Shown here piece by piece: positions 41,082 through 55,708 of a stretch of DNA of 64,000 nt (positions are counted from its first letter, which is position 1; every line of letters starts with the position of its first letter). The notes beneath the pieces are model-generated. The model had not been told where the DNA came from, ran no database searches, and was given only the letters and a program-made list of their open reading frames with translations. Made by a program: the position numbers and the translations under genes. This DNA comes from Amoebidium appalachense (Eukaryota; Protista; Ichthyosporea), in the NCBI GenBank assembly GCA_963693365.1, contig CAVNZM010000013.1:5570640-5634639 (forward strand), written 5' to 3'.

Positions 41082-41241
41082 CCCCGCCTCGCTCCAGCGG
41101 AGATACCCCTGCTCCTTTCCTACCTCACGCAGACATACAGTAAAGTATTAGGCAGAGAAGTATGGCTTCTGGATTTCCGGTCACCAACCTGACATTATTT
41201 TCCCCTGCAGGTATCTGTGCTTTGGCAACATGGACGACTGA
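33311..41241 (+). CDS. ALDH5A1: Succinate-semialdehyde dehydrogenase (ALDH5A1/GabD family)
   Basis: Exons 33311-33343 (open back to an acceptor at 33243, so the true start may be upstream), 34855-35028, 35298-35375, 36060-36143, 36711-36803, 37132-37255, 37659-37810, 38227-38305, 38904-39044, 39655-39917, 40643-40854, 41211-41241. Motifs: [64 protein letters not shown]. Confidence 0.96.
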
Positions 41242-41436
41242 GCAGCTATCCGATAGGCTATCTATCATGTGCCTGTTTTGGCACGGAATGTGAAGTAGGG
41301 GAAGGAAGCCTTGGATTTTTGCTCTCCCTACTAGTTCATGATGGTTTTCATTTCGTTCGGATGTGAGTAGCAAAATGTGCCGTTGCGTTTCTGTCTTTCT
41401 GTTCATCCCCCCCCCCGTCTGGAAATGGCTTCTTTT

Positions 41437-41495
41437 TTTGTTTGTTTGTTTGTTTGTTTGTTTGTTTGTTTGTTTGTTTGTTTATTTATTTATTT
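41437..41495. repeat. (TTTG)n/(TTTA)n microsatellite
   Basis: Seen directly in the sequence. Confidence 0.9.
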
Positions 41496-43217
41496 TTCCG
41501 GTTCAGCAGGAAATTTGAATGATTTTCACGGTTGATGCTGTTTGTTTGAAACAGTTTCTGCAAAGGCTATAAAAACGCCTTTTTCTTCGTCTTTTTTTTT
41601 TTTTTTTTTTTTTGCCCACTCCGAACCCCGGTTTGTTGCCCAAACTTTTTTTATTGCGCGGAAACCAGATCTGATTTTTTCGTTGCAATTTGAAGTTTTC
41701 GGTGTATTATAGAGGCAGTACCTGTATTCCGTTGATTTGTAATGCCTACACTGACAATCCTTGGAAATATTCCCTCTGCTTTATTTGTTGTGTTGTAACT
41801 TTGCGCTTTATGGCACGGCCATGTTGTGACCATATTTCACCTGCGGTCTGAGCTGTATTGATTGCAGCCGCCACCAGAATATATAACAAAAGTTACACCG
41901 GACAGAAAGCATGTGTCTCCCGTGAGTAGTTTCAAGCCCCCCCCCCCCCCCCCCCCCCCCCCTTTCCTTTTTCTTTCCTTCCTCAGCTTTCATTTGTATG
42001 CTTTATTGCTTGTTTACGTAAGGGAATCCCAAGCCCCCCCCCCCCCCCCTTCTTCTCCTTCTTCGTCTTCCTTCTTCTTACTTTCGTGGTCACGGTGTGT
42101 GTGTCACCAGGAGGTTCGGATTTTTTTAAGAAGGAAAGGAAGGGGGGTATAATTACGTGCACACACGCAACTTCGGAGTCTCTACACAAACAAAAAATTA
42201 GTGTTTTTTATTACAGGGTACTTATTATGGCTAGGCATGTGATGACGGAGTCTGGGCAGAAAACACAATGCAGGGTGCACAGAGCCCACAAAGATTACCG
42301 TAAAAGTTATATATTGGGGGGGGGGGGGAGCAAGTCATTCACAGTACCTGCAAGTTCACCTTGCAGATGTATTACTGTAGGAGCCTGTCCATGCATGGGT
42401 GGGTTTGACACTTGGCCATGTGTGTGTGTGATTCAGGGGGGAGGGGAATCATGATACTGTATAGACAATAAACTGAATATAGCCATGACTTACGTAATAC
42501 TAAACACAATGCAGATTGCCATGCATACATATTTAGGTTGGGGGAAATTGGGGCGGGGGGCTTTTTTTTTGGTGGTGGTTGGGGGGGGGGGGGGGGGGGG
42601 GGGGGGATAATGTCATTTATTGGGGACCTTTATGATATTTAATTATTTTTTCAGTAACAACGTACACCAGAGCTATTAGCATAACCATGAAGCTAAACCT
42701 AACATTCTAAACAACACATAACCTGGGGGGAAATGGCCAAAAAAAAAAAACTATTTTAGGGTGGGTGGATATTCGCAGTGTTTCCCAAAATCTAGACAGG
42801 AAAAAGGAAAGGTAAAAAAAACCGAAAATGTGTAGCACTGACATCATCGCATCCTTTGGTCGAGCTCTAGAGCCGAATCTCCCCTCAATTGACCCACACA
42901 TCAAGAAACACATCGCTAACCATGGTATATGTACATGTGCAAGTAGACTTTCCGATCTTCACCTTTCTATCACACTTATCCAGAAGGGTGCAGACGGTGT
43001 GAATCATAGCAAGAATAATCTATAATACCCACATCCAATAAAGTCTGAACAAAATGCAGGGGTGGAAATAAAAAAAGAAGGTTGAAAAGCGAAACGAGCA
43101 GTTTCATCCTTCCAAATCCTCATGTAATCCCTTCGACAGTATGTAGACTCCCATGATGTTTCCGATGTATTCCCTCCATACGAGTAATAATTCAATCATT
43201 CCTGGAATTGTTCCAGT

Positions 43218-43763
43218 TTATTCCTCCTTGGCAAAATACTGCTTGATCTCTCCACGATCGCAGTCGGGGGTCTCGTTATCCATAAGATCCTTATCGAGGA
43301 TGCTGATCTTGTGCGGCTCTGTGTGTGTGTGTGTGTGTGTTACAAGGGGTGGTGGCGTGCACGGGAATTGAGGGAGGAAAAATTGTAAGATAATAGGACA
43401 GCATGTGTCAATAGGAGAGCATGTGTCTGTCTGTGTGTGTGTGTGTGTGACTGCATGTATGTGCATTTGTTCTACTAGGGCTGTGTGTAATGCATGTGTG
43501 TATATGTGCGCACCCGGTGATGCAACTACTAGTCGAATAAGGTAGAGGGAACAAACACGACTGGGATACAGATGATACAACAGCCCTATACACATACACA
43601 CACACATCATCCCTGACACTCAACAACCACCGCCCATTTTGTCCTCCTCGTCCCCCCCCCCCCCCTTCATGTCTAACCCCCCCCCCCCCTCAAACACGCA
43701 CACCCCAACCCTTTCCCTCCCCCATGCACACGCGCACCAGAGCCCCAAATACATTCCTTTTTG

Positions 43764-43837
<74 letters not shown>

Positions 43838-43900
43838 GAAAACAGGACACCCCCACCCATCCTACCATCCACCCATTCACCCACCGATGAACCCATCCAA

Positions 43901-43935
<35 letters not shown>

Positions 43936-44500
43936 CACCAACAAAGAGAAAGAAAGAAAGAAAAAGAAAAAAGAAAAAAAAGGACACACAGGCAGAGCTG
44001 TAGGAAGCACGTACCAGGGTTGCGATGGGTGCCACCGATGCGGTCCCACAGGGTGAAGAATTGGCCGTGGTTGTAGTTGTAGTAGAGGTGGTGGTCGGCA
44101 TGGTGCGCAGACCCATTGATGTACTCCTGTTAAAAGTTAAAAAAATGTTAAAATGTTGCTATGTCAGTCTATTTACAAAAAAAAACCCCTGCACACCTGA
44201 CAAACGATTACTACATCAAACATGAAGTGGTCGGCAAGGTGAGTAGATCTGCATGTGTGATCATCCTAAAAAAAAAAAAGGGGGGGGGGGGGGGGGCTCC
44301 AAAATATTTTTTCAGTTTGTATGATCAAACAACCTTGTACTCCTTGGGGATATATTCACCATGTCAAAATACTAATACAGGTGGTGGAATATAACGTGGG
44401 CAGGCCTGTTCAGAACTCTTGCTAAAATTTCTAGAAAATGGGGTACAAAAAAATCACAGCCGACCTCTCATTATCAACGTGTCGAAAACAGAGCACTGCG

Positions 44501-44544
<44 letters not shown>

Positions 44545-45053
44545 ATTATAACAGAACAAAAGATGATGTTTTAAAAAAATAAAAAATAAAATAAACGCAC
44601 CTGCAGCCAGTCCGGGATGCTGTTCACCCCGTCGTGAATGGAGACGGTCCACACGTTGACGAAAATGAACAGCCCGAGGTACGCCCACTGCAGCAAGAAG
44701 ACGTCAGCACACACTAGCAAATATCATAAAATTATGAATATTTATCATCGCAACTATATCCTATAGTTACATGACAACTGTGTTAACTTTCCAACCCCTG
44801 CAGCATCTGCAATGATTACAGCACTTGCCTGCTCACACACACAAACACACACATGCACGTTCACAACTCTTCCCCCAACCCCAAAACATATACACACACA
44901 CGTCCACACGTCCACACATCCAGACGTCCACACACACACGCACACACACATACACGGTGTGTCTGTGATCCCTGGTATATGCATGTGTCTGTGACTGTAT
45001 GCATGCGCGCGATTAAATGTCAAACCTGTGAAAAGAGCAAATCTTCTCACAGA

Positions 45054-45133
<80 letters not shown>

Positions 45134-46222
45134 GCGTGTGCGTGTGTGCCTGAAGTGACTACTTGAGAGTGCACGAAAGTATCATGCTTTGACACAACAC
45201 CACCAACGCAACACAATACTCAAATAGCATAACAAAAGACAATCACGACAACACACGAACCAACAACAACAACAACAACAACAGTAAATTCAATAACAAA
45301 AAAAAACAAAAAAAAAGAGCAAACTAAACAGTAACCTCACCTTGTGGATGGGGAAGAGGAATGCAGCGATATGATATGGTGAGCTCTGGGCAAATCCGTC
45401 CAGGAAGTGGAAGGCATGGCTTGCAAACGGTGTCGGCACGAGCCACTGTGTGCACATGGTAGGAGGGTCAGTATGCTAGCCTAGTGGCCGAAATAATGCA
45501 AAAGTAATCTGATGCTGGCCGAAAATACTGTTGGGCTTGGTGGTGGCACCTGATCACAGCCTTACATGCATGTATATAAACAGCGTAACAACAACAACAA
45601 CAACAAACCCTCCCCCCCCCCCCCCTCTCCCCCCACCCCCCCCCCCCCCCCCCCCGGATAAGGATTTCGGTGGATGACAAAAATATGGGAAGCCAAGGGG
45701 GGAGTATGTAACAGGGAAGAAGCGGAAAGGGGGATGGCTTGGAGAAAAAGAGGGCAGGAAGGGAACAAAAGACGGTGACGAGAAGAGAAAATGATCGCGT
45801 GTATGTGTGTGTACAGGGGAGGGAGAGACACGGGAGGAGAGGTAAAGGAGGGGTAGGAAGCTGTTCAATGAATAAGGCGCAAAATCACATCGGATCGAAA
45901 AGGGGGGCGGGGGAACAAAGTAAGGTGACAAACACTACACTGCATACCTCCCCTCTCCCCTCCCCAGCAACCCCCCCAAAAAACCCTCCTCCCAAACCCC
46001 GCAGAAAATGAAACACACACACGCTGCACATTTCATGTTACCCCCCCCCTCCCCCCCCCCCCCCCCCCCCTTCCCCCGTTCCCTCCTTTCTCCACCCACC
46101 CACCCAGCCATAGTAAGAAGTCGTCACTGTTGACGATTTTTTTTTGCCCTTTCTTTTCCTTCTTTTGTACTTTCTTTTGGTGGGGTGGGGTGGGGTGGCG
46201 CGGGAGAAGGGGTAATCCCCCC

Positions 46223-46253
<31 letters not shown>

Positions 46254-48105
46254 AAGGAAGGAAGAAAGAAAGAAGGAGGAGGAGGAGAAGAATAACAAGG
46301 AGAGAAAGGGAAAAAATAATATAATAAGGGGGGAATGAACAGGACAAGAGGCAATCGCCTTCAACGGTAGTGGGGCCTGTAAACGTTATTGTGAGCGAAA
46401 AAAATTTTAAAGAATGAAACAGTCGCTATTACCTTATGGTGGGGCTTATGCACGTTCTTGTAGATGTACGGGATGTGCAATCCCCTATGGACCCAGTAGA
46501 TGCCGCAGTCGATGAACATAAGGAACATGAAGCAGCTGAGAATGAGGTACGGCACCCCATAGTCACTCACGTTATGGTACAGCTGGCTGTGACCACGAAC
46601 CTGTGCATCGGAAATGAAAAATGAATTAGGTGTGTGCCGTAAAGCAACATTTAATTTGATTTGATGGGAGGGCGAGGGGGCGAGAGGAGAGGGGGGAAGG
46701 GGGGGGGGGGGGGGGGGGGGTTGTTGTGCAGTGCAAGGTACGCAAAGCCATAGTGAAAAGGGGCGCTCAGGTGCGGTGCGAAAGAATAGACATTGAGACA
46801 AACATTCGGGAACACCTAGGGTACCCCCGGGCGAGGGGAGGGAATGGGGGGGGGGGGGGGGGGATGGAGGTGGGGGGGTTAGGTACGTAGTGAGGGGGAA
46901 GAGGCAAGCAACATGCTGAACGTTTTAGAAATAGAAAGTACCGATATGTCTATTGGAGTGCATAAACACCACCCAGTCATGATCATAAAAAGCCAGAAAC
47001 AAGCCCTGGACTCACGGGTGTTAACAAGCAAATACCAATGAGCCATGATCACTTGCAAGTAACAGAAAGCTGCACTGAGATCTATGACCAAAGCCGAGAA
47101 AGGGCAAAAGGATGGACCTGGAAATGGTTATAACTGCTTAAATCGGTAACACAGCAAGGGTGCTATAAAAACGTAAATGAACGAGACACGAACACAGATA
47201 GTGGCTTGCTTGTTTGTCCGCATATATGGGTATTGAAAAAGGGTGGCATGTAGAACAATCCTGCACAAACCGGGAGACTGGCAGAGACCCGCGGCACTGG
47301 AAGGCTAATACCAATTACGGAACATAACCGTAAGCAGGCACACACAGGACACGATTGAAAAGCGTGTCAAGGCATTATAAATGGGACAACTTCGTTCCCA
47401 TACTAATAATAATAAAAGAGCTGAGAGTGAGAGGGGAGGGAGAGGGGGGGGGAAGGGGGGAGGTGGAAGTAGGGGGGGGGAGGAGAAGGGGGAAGGCAGG
47501 AGTGGGGGGTAAGGAGGTAGGTCTAACGACAAAGAAACTAGAAGACATAATTGCAACAAAATTAGGTGTGTATTAATGATGGCCACCGTGAATTTTTTAT
47601 ATTTGTAGCCGTCTTATGCATACAGGAGAGATCACGATACACAGGCCCAGCCACACCTAAACACACGCAGCTACCCCCCCTCCCCCCCTCCCCCCCCAAA
47701 CACACACATGCACGCGCACGCACACATCCCTAGATGAACCATGCCAAGCAACGCACGGCACTATACATACACCGGTGCAGTGCATGAAAAAGCTATTCAA
47801 ACCCGTAAGCTTACCTCGAGAAGGAACAGGGGGCACGTAAGCAGCGACATGCCTGGAATCTGGGAACAAGCATACTTAATCTCCAACCACACCTGGTTCT
47901 TCAAGAACCTCTTATGTTCCATAACCCTCTTGTCAAAGACAAAGTGGTAGCTAATCGCTGCCGTCAAAAGATAGAGAGCGATCCCTCCTAGAGTGACGAG
48001 GAAGAGGAGAGAGGCAGATTGGCGAAGGATGTCGTCCCTGGGAATGGAATTCCCGTAGACCTTATCCAGAAAAAGGTCATCGCAAACGTCGAGAATTACA
48101 TCCAT
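43218..48105 (-). CDS. SC5D: Sterol C5-desaturase / lathosterol oxidase (ERG3/SC5D)
   Basis: Exons 47815-48105, 46433-46600, 45341-45445, 44601-44687, 44015-44126, 43218-43318. His boxes [15 protein letters not shown] and HHADHH; also [10 protein letters not shown] and [15 protein letters not shown]. Confidence 0.96.
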
Positions 48106-50144
48106 GGTGTAGGCCTAAACAGAAAAATCCCTCGAACACTATATTACTAGATAATGCTGCTAAGTTTCTCCAACAAAGGAGAAATTAAATGCAAGGTGGC
48201 TTCGAGAAAAATCCGTAGGTGGAGCCTCTAAACGGCTAAAGAAAACGTTCGAAGAAAAAGGTCATGACTGCTTGCATAATCGTCCGCTCCAGGGTGCAGA
48301 AATTTGATGGTTGGCCCCGGCAAAATTGGGTCATAGCTTATAAACGTTAATTCGATTAGACGTATATTTTAAACAGATAAAAAGTATAAAGATTTAGTAT
48401 TAAATTGTTTTAAATCTCTAGGTCATTGTATACTCAAGGATGAGTTGAATGATCGTTCGAGGAACAGTCGACCAATAGGAGGTCAGCATGCACATGAGGC
48501 AGCTGCTCCTACAACAGGACAGCCAATCGTTCCCTCAGATCGAAACCACGAATTGCCATCCACACACAAGCGCTCAAGTGAAACACTGCCAAGGTGCTGA
48601 ATCTGCAGCATTGACTTCTGGCCTCATATAAAATCACGTACCGTAATTCAATTCTATATCTAGAAATACTTATTATTTTTTATTTTACTCTTTTGGTACG
48701 TAATAAATAGAGCTGATGGCTCTCGGAGTCGGCCTAATGATTACCGAATGCCAGGTGCACGCCCACGCGTCTGCATTGTAATTGCTAGCCCTGTTTGGAG
48801 CCCCTAGCAGCGACATCACTGTCAGACTGTGTTCCGTACACCTAACAGGCAAAATCTTTTTTGAGCATGCTGCCTAATATTGAAAAAAAAAATATGTGGC
48901 TCAAAATATACTAGAGATTCCACAATTTCTTTGTGATGAAGAACTGGCGACATCATTACACTGTAGTTGAATGCCATACCTTCCCCTTTTGGCTACAACA
49001 CATGCCAATCATGACTTCTCGCGAATCATCAGACGGTGCACTTTCCGATGGCGCCAACTTTTTTTGTGTTTTGTGTGTTCTTGTGTGTTCATCTTGTGTG
49101 TATGTACGTGCGTGTGTGCGCTTCTAGACCTGCGCCGTGGTATCTGTGTGCAAGGAAAGGATCATATGGTCTCGAAAACGAATAAAGCTTACACTTTGCC
49201 AGGCGCTTGCACAACCGTGCCAAGATCCCAAGCGTCCAAATATGCTTCAAAATGGGCAAGAACGCTGATTATGGGAGTCCCTCACTGTCACTCGCGTATT
49301 CGCAAAGAACACTGACCTACACGCTTACTTGCACACAGGAACGGGTGCACACACGTGATTTCATGCATACTTTACGAGCTAGTTCCAAGCCCGACCCGTA
49401 CTATAGTTGAATTCTGGCAAGTAAAGAGATGTCCAGAGGAGTGGACATGGGGAGAGAGTACTACTGAACGACACGTCTTTGGTTGAAATGACGAGAAGAA
49501 GCTAGAGGGCATGCGTAAGAGGAATGGGAGAGGGAAGTTAGCAAAAGAGCGGGAACTTGGAGGGGGGTGGGGGGGGGGGGGTTGGGGAAGGGGGGTAAAG
49601 ATAGAGCTCCAAGGACAATTGCACAAACCAACAACAAAGAGGTCCTTCAAAACAAATACTTGTTGCAACAAAGCCATTTCTTCGCCCCGCGTGTGAAAAA
49701 GTGATGCGAGAGCTAAAAAGAGAGGGAGGGCGTGGGAGGCTCGGCGAGTACGTATGATGACTTTTGCCCTAGGGCAAGAATCTGAGATCGGGTGCTAAAT
49801 TTTCAATAGTGGTGCTGACAATGGAAATGCAGTGATTGATGTGCTTCCTTCAATTTCGCGTGCGGTGATGGCTGTGTGGGTGGTTATGTCTGTATGTGTG
49901 TGTGTGTGAGGGGGGGGGGGAGGTGGGGTATTTGGGGGGGGAGGAGGGGGGCTATGGTAATTTAAAGTTCACTCGGCACTGCCAGTCGACGGCCATATAT
50001 GCATGGCGCTAGTTTGATAGATTTATATGAATTGTATCCTTAATTGAAGAGAAGCAGTTGCTGCTTTTTTTATCCCCCCCTTTCCCTCCTTCTCCTTCTC
50101 CCTCCCCTCCTCTTTCCCAAACTTTAAGGCCATCCTCCCGAGGC

Positions 50145-50650
<506 letters not shown>

Positions 50651-51325
50651 TCCCCCCCCCCCCGTGGGTCTTAAGGACGTTATGAACAGGGTTAATTCTC
50701 TTTGCTTGGCTAACCACTACGAAACCTTTGTGTTTGCTTACGTGAGCGGGTCGTAGCTGCTCAGACCCACATTCTCGGAGGTTGTGCAAAGTCACTTCCT
50801 TAACTTTTCTCTCGTCATATGCTTGAAATGGACGAGGCACTGAAAAAATGTATAACCTTATGATAATACACTAAGAAAAACTAAGGCTGCATAAATAAGA
50901 AAGATATCCATGGTGAGCCGTTCGTTCGAATTCGTGTTCGGGTGTCGTGCATACGTGACAACTCCATGCCATGTTACCTGAACAACCGACAACCTGTATA
51001 CGCACTACAGGCAATTTGAGGCAAATGACGTGTGCCCTTCAAGTGATATTCAGGTTTGTTACCCGTAGCTACGTAGCACAAGGAATATACGAGGAGACGT
51101 TCAAAAGCACCTTCACACATGTTAGCCTACACCACTGGGTTTGTTTGTTTTTTTGAATAACACCAAAAAGTTCCGAAATTGAATATCAGAGGCTCAGGAT
51201 AGTAATTCAAGTAACAAATTTGGCAATTTTGTATTCTGTAGAAAGAACCTCAGACCTTCAGTTTCCCGCCCCCCGTAGAACTTCCACTTTGAGGGCCTTT
51301 AACCCCCCCCCCCCCCCCCCCCCCA

Positions 51326-51384
<59 letters not shown>

Positions 51385-51664
51385 AAAAAAAAAAAAAAAA
51401 ACTGACAACCCCCACTCCCTTTTCAATTTGGTTGGGTTTAGTGCATGTATGCTAAGGCAAACACCGTGTCCACATGATCTGTATGTCTTTTTTTTTTTTT
51501 TTAACATGCACCTTATTAGTTTAGTTTACGGCACACACAGATCTACACTCTGCAGCACACACCACATTTTTTTTCTCAGCAGCAGTTTTAGGACTTACAC
51601 GTGTACGCACAAAACATAACCAAAACCACCACCATTCTTTCCCACCACGCGTGATCCACCAACC

Positions 51665-53272
51665 ATGACCACCACGGCAACTCACGTTATGCAACCATGT
51701 TTGTTTCACAGCCGCTGCAACCGCCTAATCCACATCCCGTATGTAGTGTGCTGTAAAAACTGCGACGACAACACAGGCACACACACCAAAAACTGTGACA
51801 TCAGAAACAACATTATGCCCCCACCCACAACGTCAACCCCCTCTCCTGCTCCCTCAACCAACGCAGCTCCTCCCAGCACCGAATCTCTGGACTCTGGTTC
51901 TCCCGTTTCGCACGTGGTCATAAGCCCTGATTTACAGCCAAACACGCACGATGCCACAAACACGACCACAGCTCCACTGGACATGGAATGGACTAAAAAC
52001 GATTCAGACACCACTACCGACAACCATGAATGTGAGGTTGACGTGTGCATTTCATGCAACGTCCGAGCAATACCCACGGAACCCGCAGAACTAGCGACTT
52101 TTCGTGTGTGCTGCAAACTGTGCCCCGATAACCCGACAACACACACGGAATCATGCAACAAGCGCATGAGCAGTTCCAACAGCCTTGCACCCTCTCCCAC
52201 CACACAGCGTGGCATTTCACCCAACACACCTGAACCTGCAGCTCGCGGCATCCAGTCCACTTCGAAATTTCCTTCCACGTCGGAGGAAAGAGAATGCACG
52301 CAGGGCTCCACCCTTTTTCCCAGTCCGGTGCAAGACAACAGTGTAGGCGGGGAAACCGTTTTGGTACCATCCGAGAAGACACATGCGACGGCCACTGTCC
52401 AAGGCGAAAAACAAAAGACATTATCTTCATATACAGTGTCAAGGTGCAGCATGTGCGGCGGTGTGTGCGCGGCTGGCCGCAACACCTGCCACATGTGCAA
52501 CATGTATTCCATTCATGGTGGTTTAGGCGGTACGTATGAACGAAAGCACACCGTTTCCGATATCACCCAAAGCCTCCCTAATCGCACACCAACAGAAGCA
52601 CCTTCGATTGCCACGTCTACAAATTCCAATGCCACACCCACGACAACCCCCTCAATCGGCAAAATGTCCACAAGCAAATTAGAAAACCAAATGCACAAGA
52701 CACAGCCTCGTACCATCCGTGACCCACCAAACGCACCACAAACAGGCCCCCAAGCAAACAGGGACACAGCACTGTGCAAGTCGTGCAACAAGTACCTCCC
52801 CGCCAGTCCTAGGGTAGACAAATGCACATTCGACACTTGCTGCAAATCGTGTGGCTCTGGTTCCGGGTACCACGATTTACGTTGTGCCGTGAAGCGTCCT
52901 ACCGAGGGATCTTTTTGGGGCTCGCCATCATTCACCAATAGGAACACTCCGTATGGTCCCCGTGGAGGTAATTGGTTAGATGTCATGCATGCCAACGGTC
53001 AGGCAGCCATGTGTATTAATTTTGACCGTCCACCCCAAACCGGCTACAAGACGTGCTGTATGAACTGTGGATTGGGTAAAAAAACGTGCGGACCGGCCAA
53101 ATCAAATCGAGTCGAAGTGGGGCTCAAGATGAGAGAGTCGGAGAGGCTGCATAGTGAGAGGGCCCAGGCCCAGGTGCGTAATGGGGAAAATGTAGTGAGT
53201 GAACATTAGCCGGCCTGGTTGGCTTGGTGTGCCACGAGCGCGTGTGAGCGGATCGAGAACAAAAAGGGAGAA

Positions 53273-53314
<42 letters not shown>

Positions 53315-53545
53315 AGGGGGCGGAGGGGGGGGGGGGAGGCAACTGGCGACAGCTACACTTCGAGTTGAATGGATGGAGGAAGGGATGCATACGGGGGGAC
53401 TTGTGGGGGGGGAGGGGGGGGGGGGGGGGGGGGGAGGGGGGCGGGGAGGGGGGGATGGAGGGGATGCATAAGCCATTTGCTTTTTCATATGGACTCCCCC
53501 CCATTATTTCTTTCCCCCCTGTCAAAATTGATATTCATTATGTAG

Positions 53546-53591
<46 letters not shown>

Positions 53592-55123
53592 ACACACACA
53601 CACGTCCGCACACACACCCGCCGTCTCCAATACTATAATTGAAGAGAATGAAAAAAAAAAAAGTGAAAGAAAATACAAACACACACTACCCTGGTAGAAT
53701 GCTTCAGAACAATCGATATGACCCCTCTGGGGCCCTCCCCCCTCTCTTCCCCCCCCCCCCCCCCCTCTTCCCCCCCCCCTTCCCCCCCCCCCCCCCCAAA
53801 AAAAAAAAAAAAAAAAAAAAACTAACAGAAAGAAAGAAACAAAATACCTTAGCAAAGGAAACTGAAATGCAGCCCTACACACAAACCGTGACACACCACC
53901 CATGCCCCCAATATCCCTTCTCTGCACCCCATGCAGTCCCAGCCCATCATCCCCAAAGTCAAGATCCTGGGCCAGCCAACACTTACACTCACGCAAAATG
54001 GCAGGCGCATTTTGGAGGGCGAGGTAAGTGCACTTCAAATCCGTGCCCTCCCCCCCCCCCCCCCCCCCCCCCCCTCCCCTCCCCCTCCACCCCCCCGCCC
54101 GCCCCCAACAAGAGTCCCCAAAGGACCCCCTCTTTCAGTTCATCATTTACCCACCTTCACCGTTCTTCACTTCCTTTACTCCCAGCCCGTTCACTTTGAA
54201 GTTAATGCAGCACTACTAGGTATAATTATTTGTGCATATTTTTGCAAGTAACCCCCCCCCCCCCCCTCCCCCCTCCCTCCCCCCCCCCCCCCCCCTCACG
54301 TCAACTTCCATGCCCATGCACACCAGCAGACGCGCACACTCTCACGCACGCACGAAAATTCAACACCCTACCCACCCACTCAAACACCACCCACCTATCC
54401 ACCCACCATCCGCACACACACACACACACACACACACTTGCACACACAGATTGAGGTGCAAGCCGGCATCTACATCTCCAACCCAACCGTTACTTTCCTC
54501 TTCACACAAGACGACGGAAAAACGTGGCACAAATGCCTGGCCAAGGTCAGTTACGTGATCTTTAGCCAATCAGACAAGAGTGCACTGAAGATTAGGAATG
54601 TATGCGCCCCTCACATGCATTTCAGGATGCATAGACTGCTGAAAAGCCATACCTTGAGTTGGATGTACATGTAATGGCTCCTTACTATTTGCCCATGTCC
54701 ACTTACCAAACACCCCCCCCCCCCCCCCCCCTCCCCACCTCCTTTCCCCCCTTCCGTTTCGCACGAAAGAAAACAGGAAAGCTGTGTGTGTGTCAGTGTG
54801 TGTGTGTATGTGTGTGTGTGTGGTGGTGGTGGGGGGGGGGGGGGGGGGAGAGAGGGGGGGGGGAGGGGGGGGGGTTAAGTAAATATAAATCTACCTGCCA
54901 CTTAATTTGGATTCGAACCATGCAAGAACCCACGAAGTCAGTATAGAGGCTCACCGATTTTTTCCCACAGAGATCGCTTACGTGGAGGGGCTACACTCCT
55001 TTCAAGTTCAGGGCAGAGGTTCAAATGGGCCATCTTGAGTATTATGCAAAGGCAGTGTCGGGGATGGTGGAAGCGTATGACAGCTTTGGGTACCAAAAGA
55101 ACTACCACATGGACGTGCAGTGA
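51665..55123 (+). CDS. Uncharacterised protein: Cys/His repeats, Thr/Pro/Ser linkers and a C-terminal CBM21-like domain
   Basis: Exons 51665-53173, 53937-54023, 54450-54545 and 54971-55123 all join in phase 0 with donors GTGCGT, GTAAGT and GTCAGT. Exon 1 has repeated C..C-(x)n-CCxxC-x6-H-x3-C. The C-terminus LEGEIEV..TVTFLFTQDDGKTW..FKFRAEV..LEYY..YDSFGYQKNY follows the CBM21 strand pattern (judged by eye). Confidence 0.7.
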
Positions 55124-55164
55124 TGGGCTAAATCTGGCTGAACATAGCTCTCTCTCTCTAGATC

Positions 55165-55195
<31 letters not shown>

Positions 55196-55663
55196 TTTTT
55201 CTTTTTTTCTTGTGGCAGGCCTTCGTGTGCATGACTGCAAATGCCTTTTGAATTCTGCGAGTAAATTTGCAGCTACACGGGCATAGGCCAAGGCACTCAG
55301 CAAGGCATGATGAATACGAGACTTAGGACCTAGGACGCTGTTTCTTCGTTTTTTCTATCTGCTTCTCTCTCTAGTGTGTTTCTTTGTGGAAGACGTGGTT
55401 TTGGGCTCAGGTATGGATTTAGGATATGATGCCTTCGTCTGATTCCCTTTTTTGGGCGTTTTCTTCTACATGTGTCTTCACGCAAGCACTCACGCACGCG
55501 TGCACGCGGGCACACGCACCCACACACACAGGCAAACACTCTCCCTCCTAGGAATTTAAGTATGTTTCCTTTTCCATCCTTTTTTCTTCGTCAAAGTTGC
55601 GCTGGAAATCAGTTTTTATCCGTACACGAAGAGATCCAAGTGTATTTCTCTCAAAAGTCTCCT

Positions 55664-55708
<45 letters not shown>

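Noticed and set aside
48633-48642. Sterol-regulatory-element-like ATCACGTAC upstream of SC5D
   Set aside because: A short, degenerate single match that cannot be distinguished from chance.
50684-50760. Possible further hammerhead (ACAGGG-TT ... CGAAAC-CTTTGT)
   Set aside because: No CUGANGA, no stem I partner and no similarity to the family ends.
51706-52995. Long minus-strand ORFs (268 and 160 aa)
   Set aside because: They are antisense shadows of the Cys-rich exon, with no motifs.
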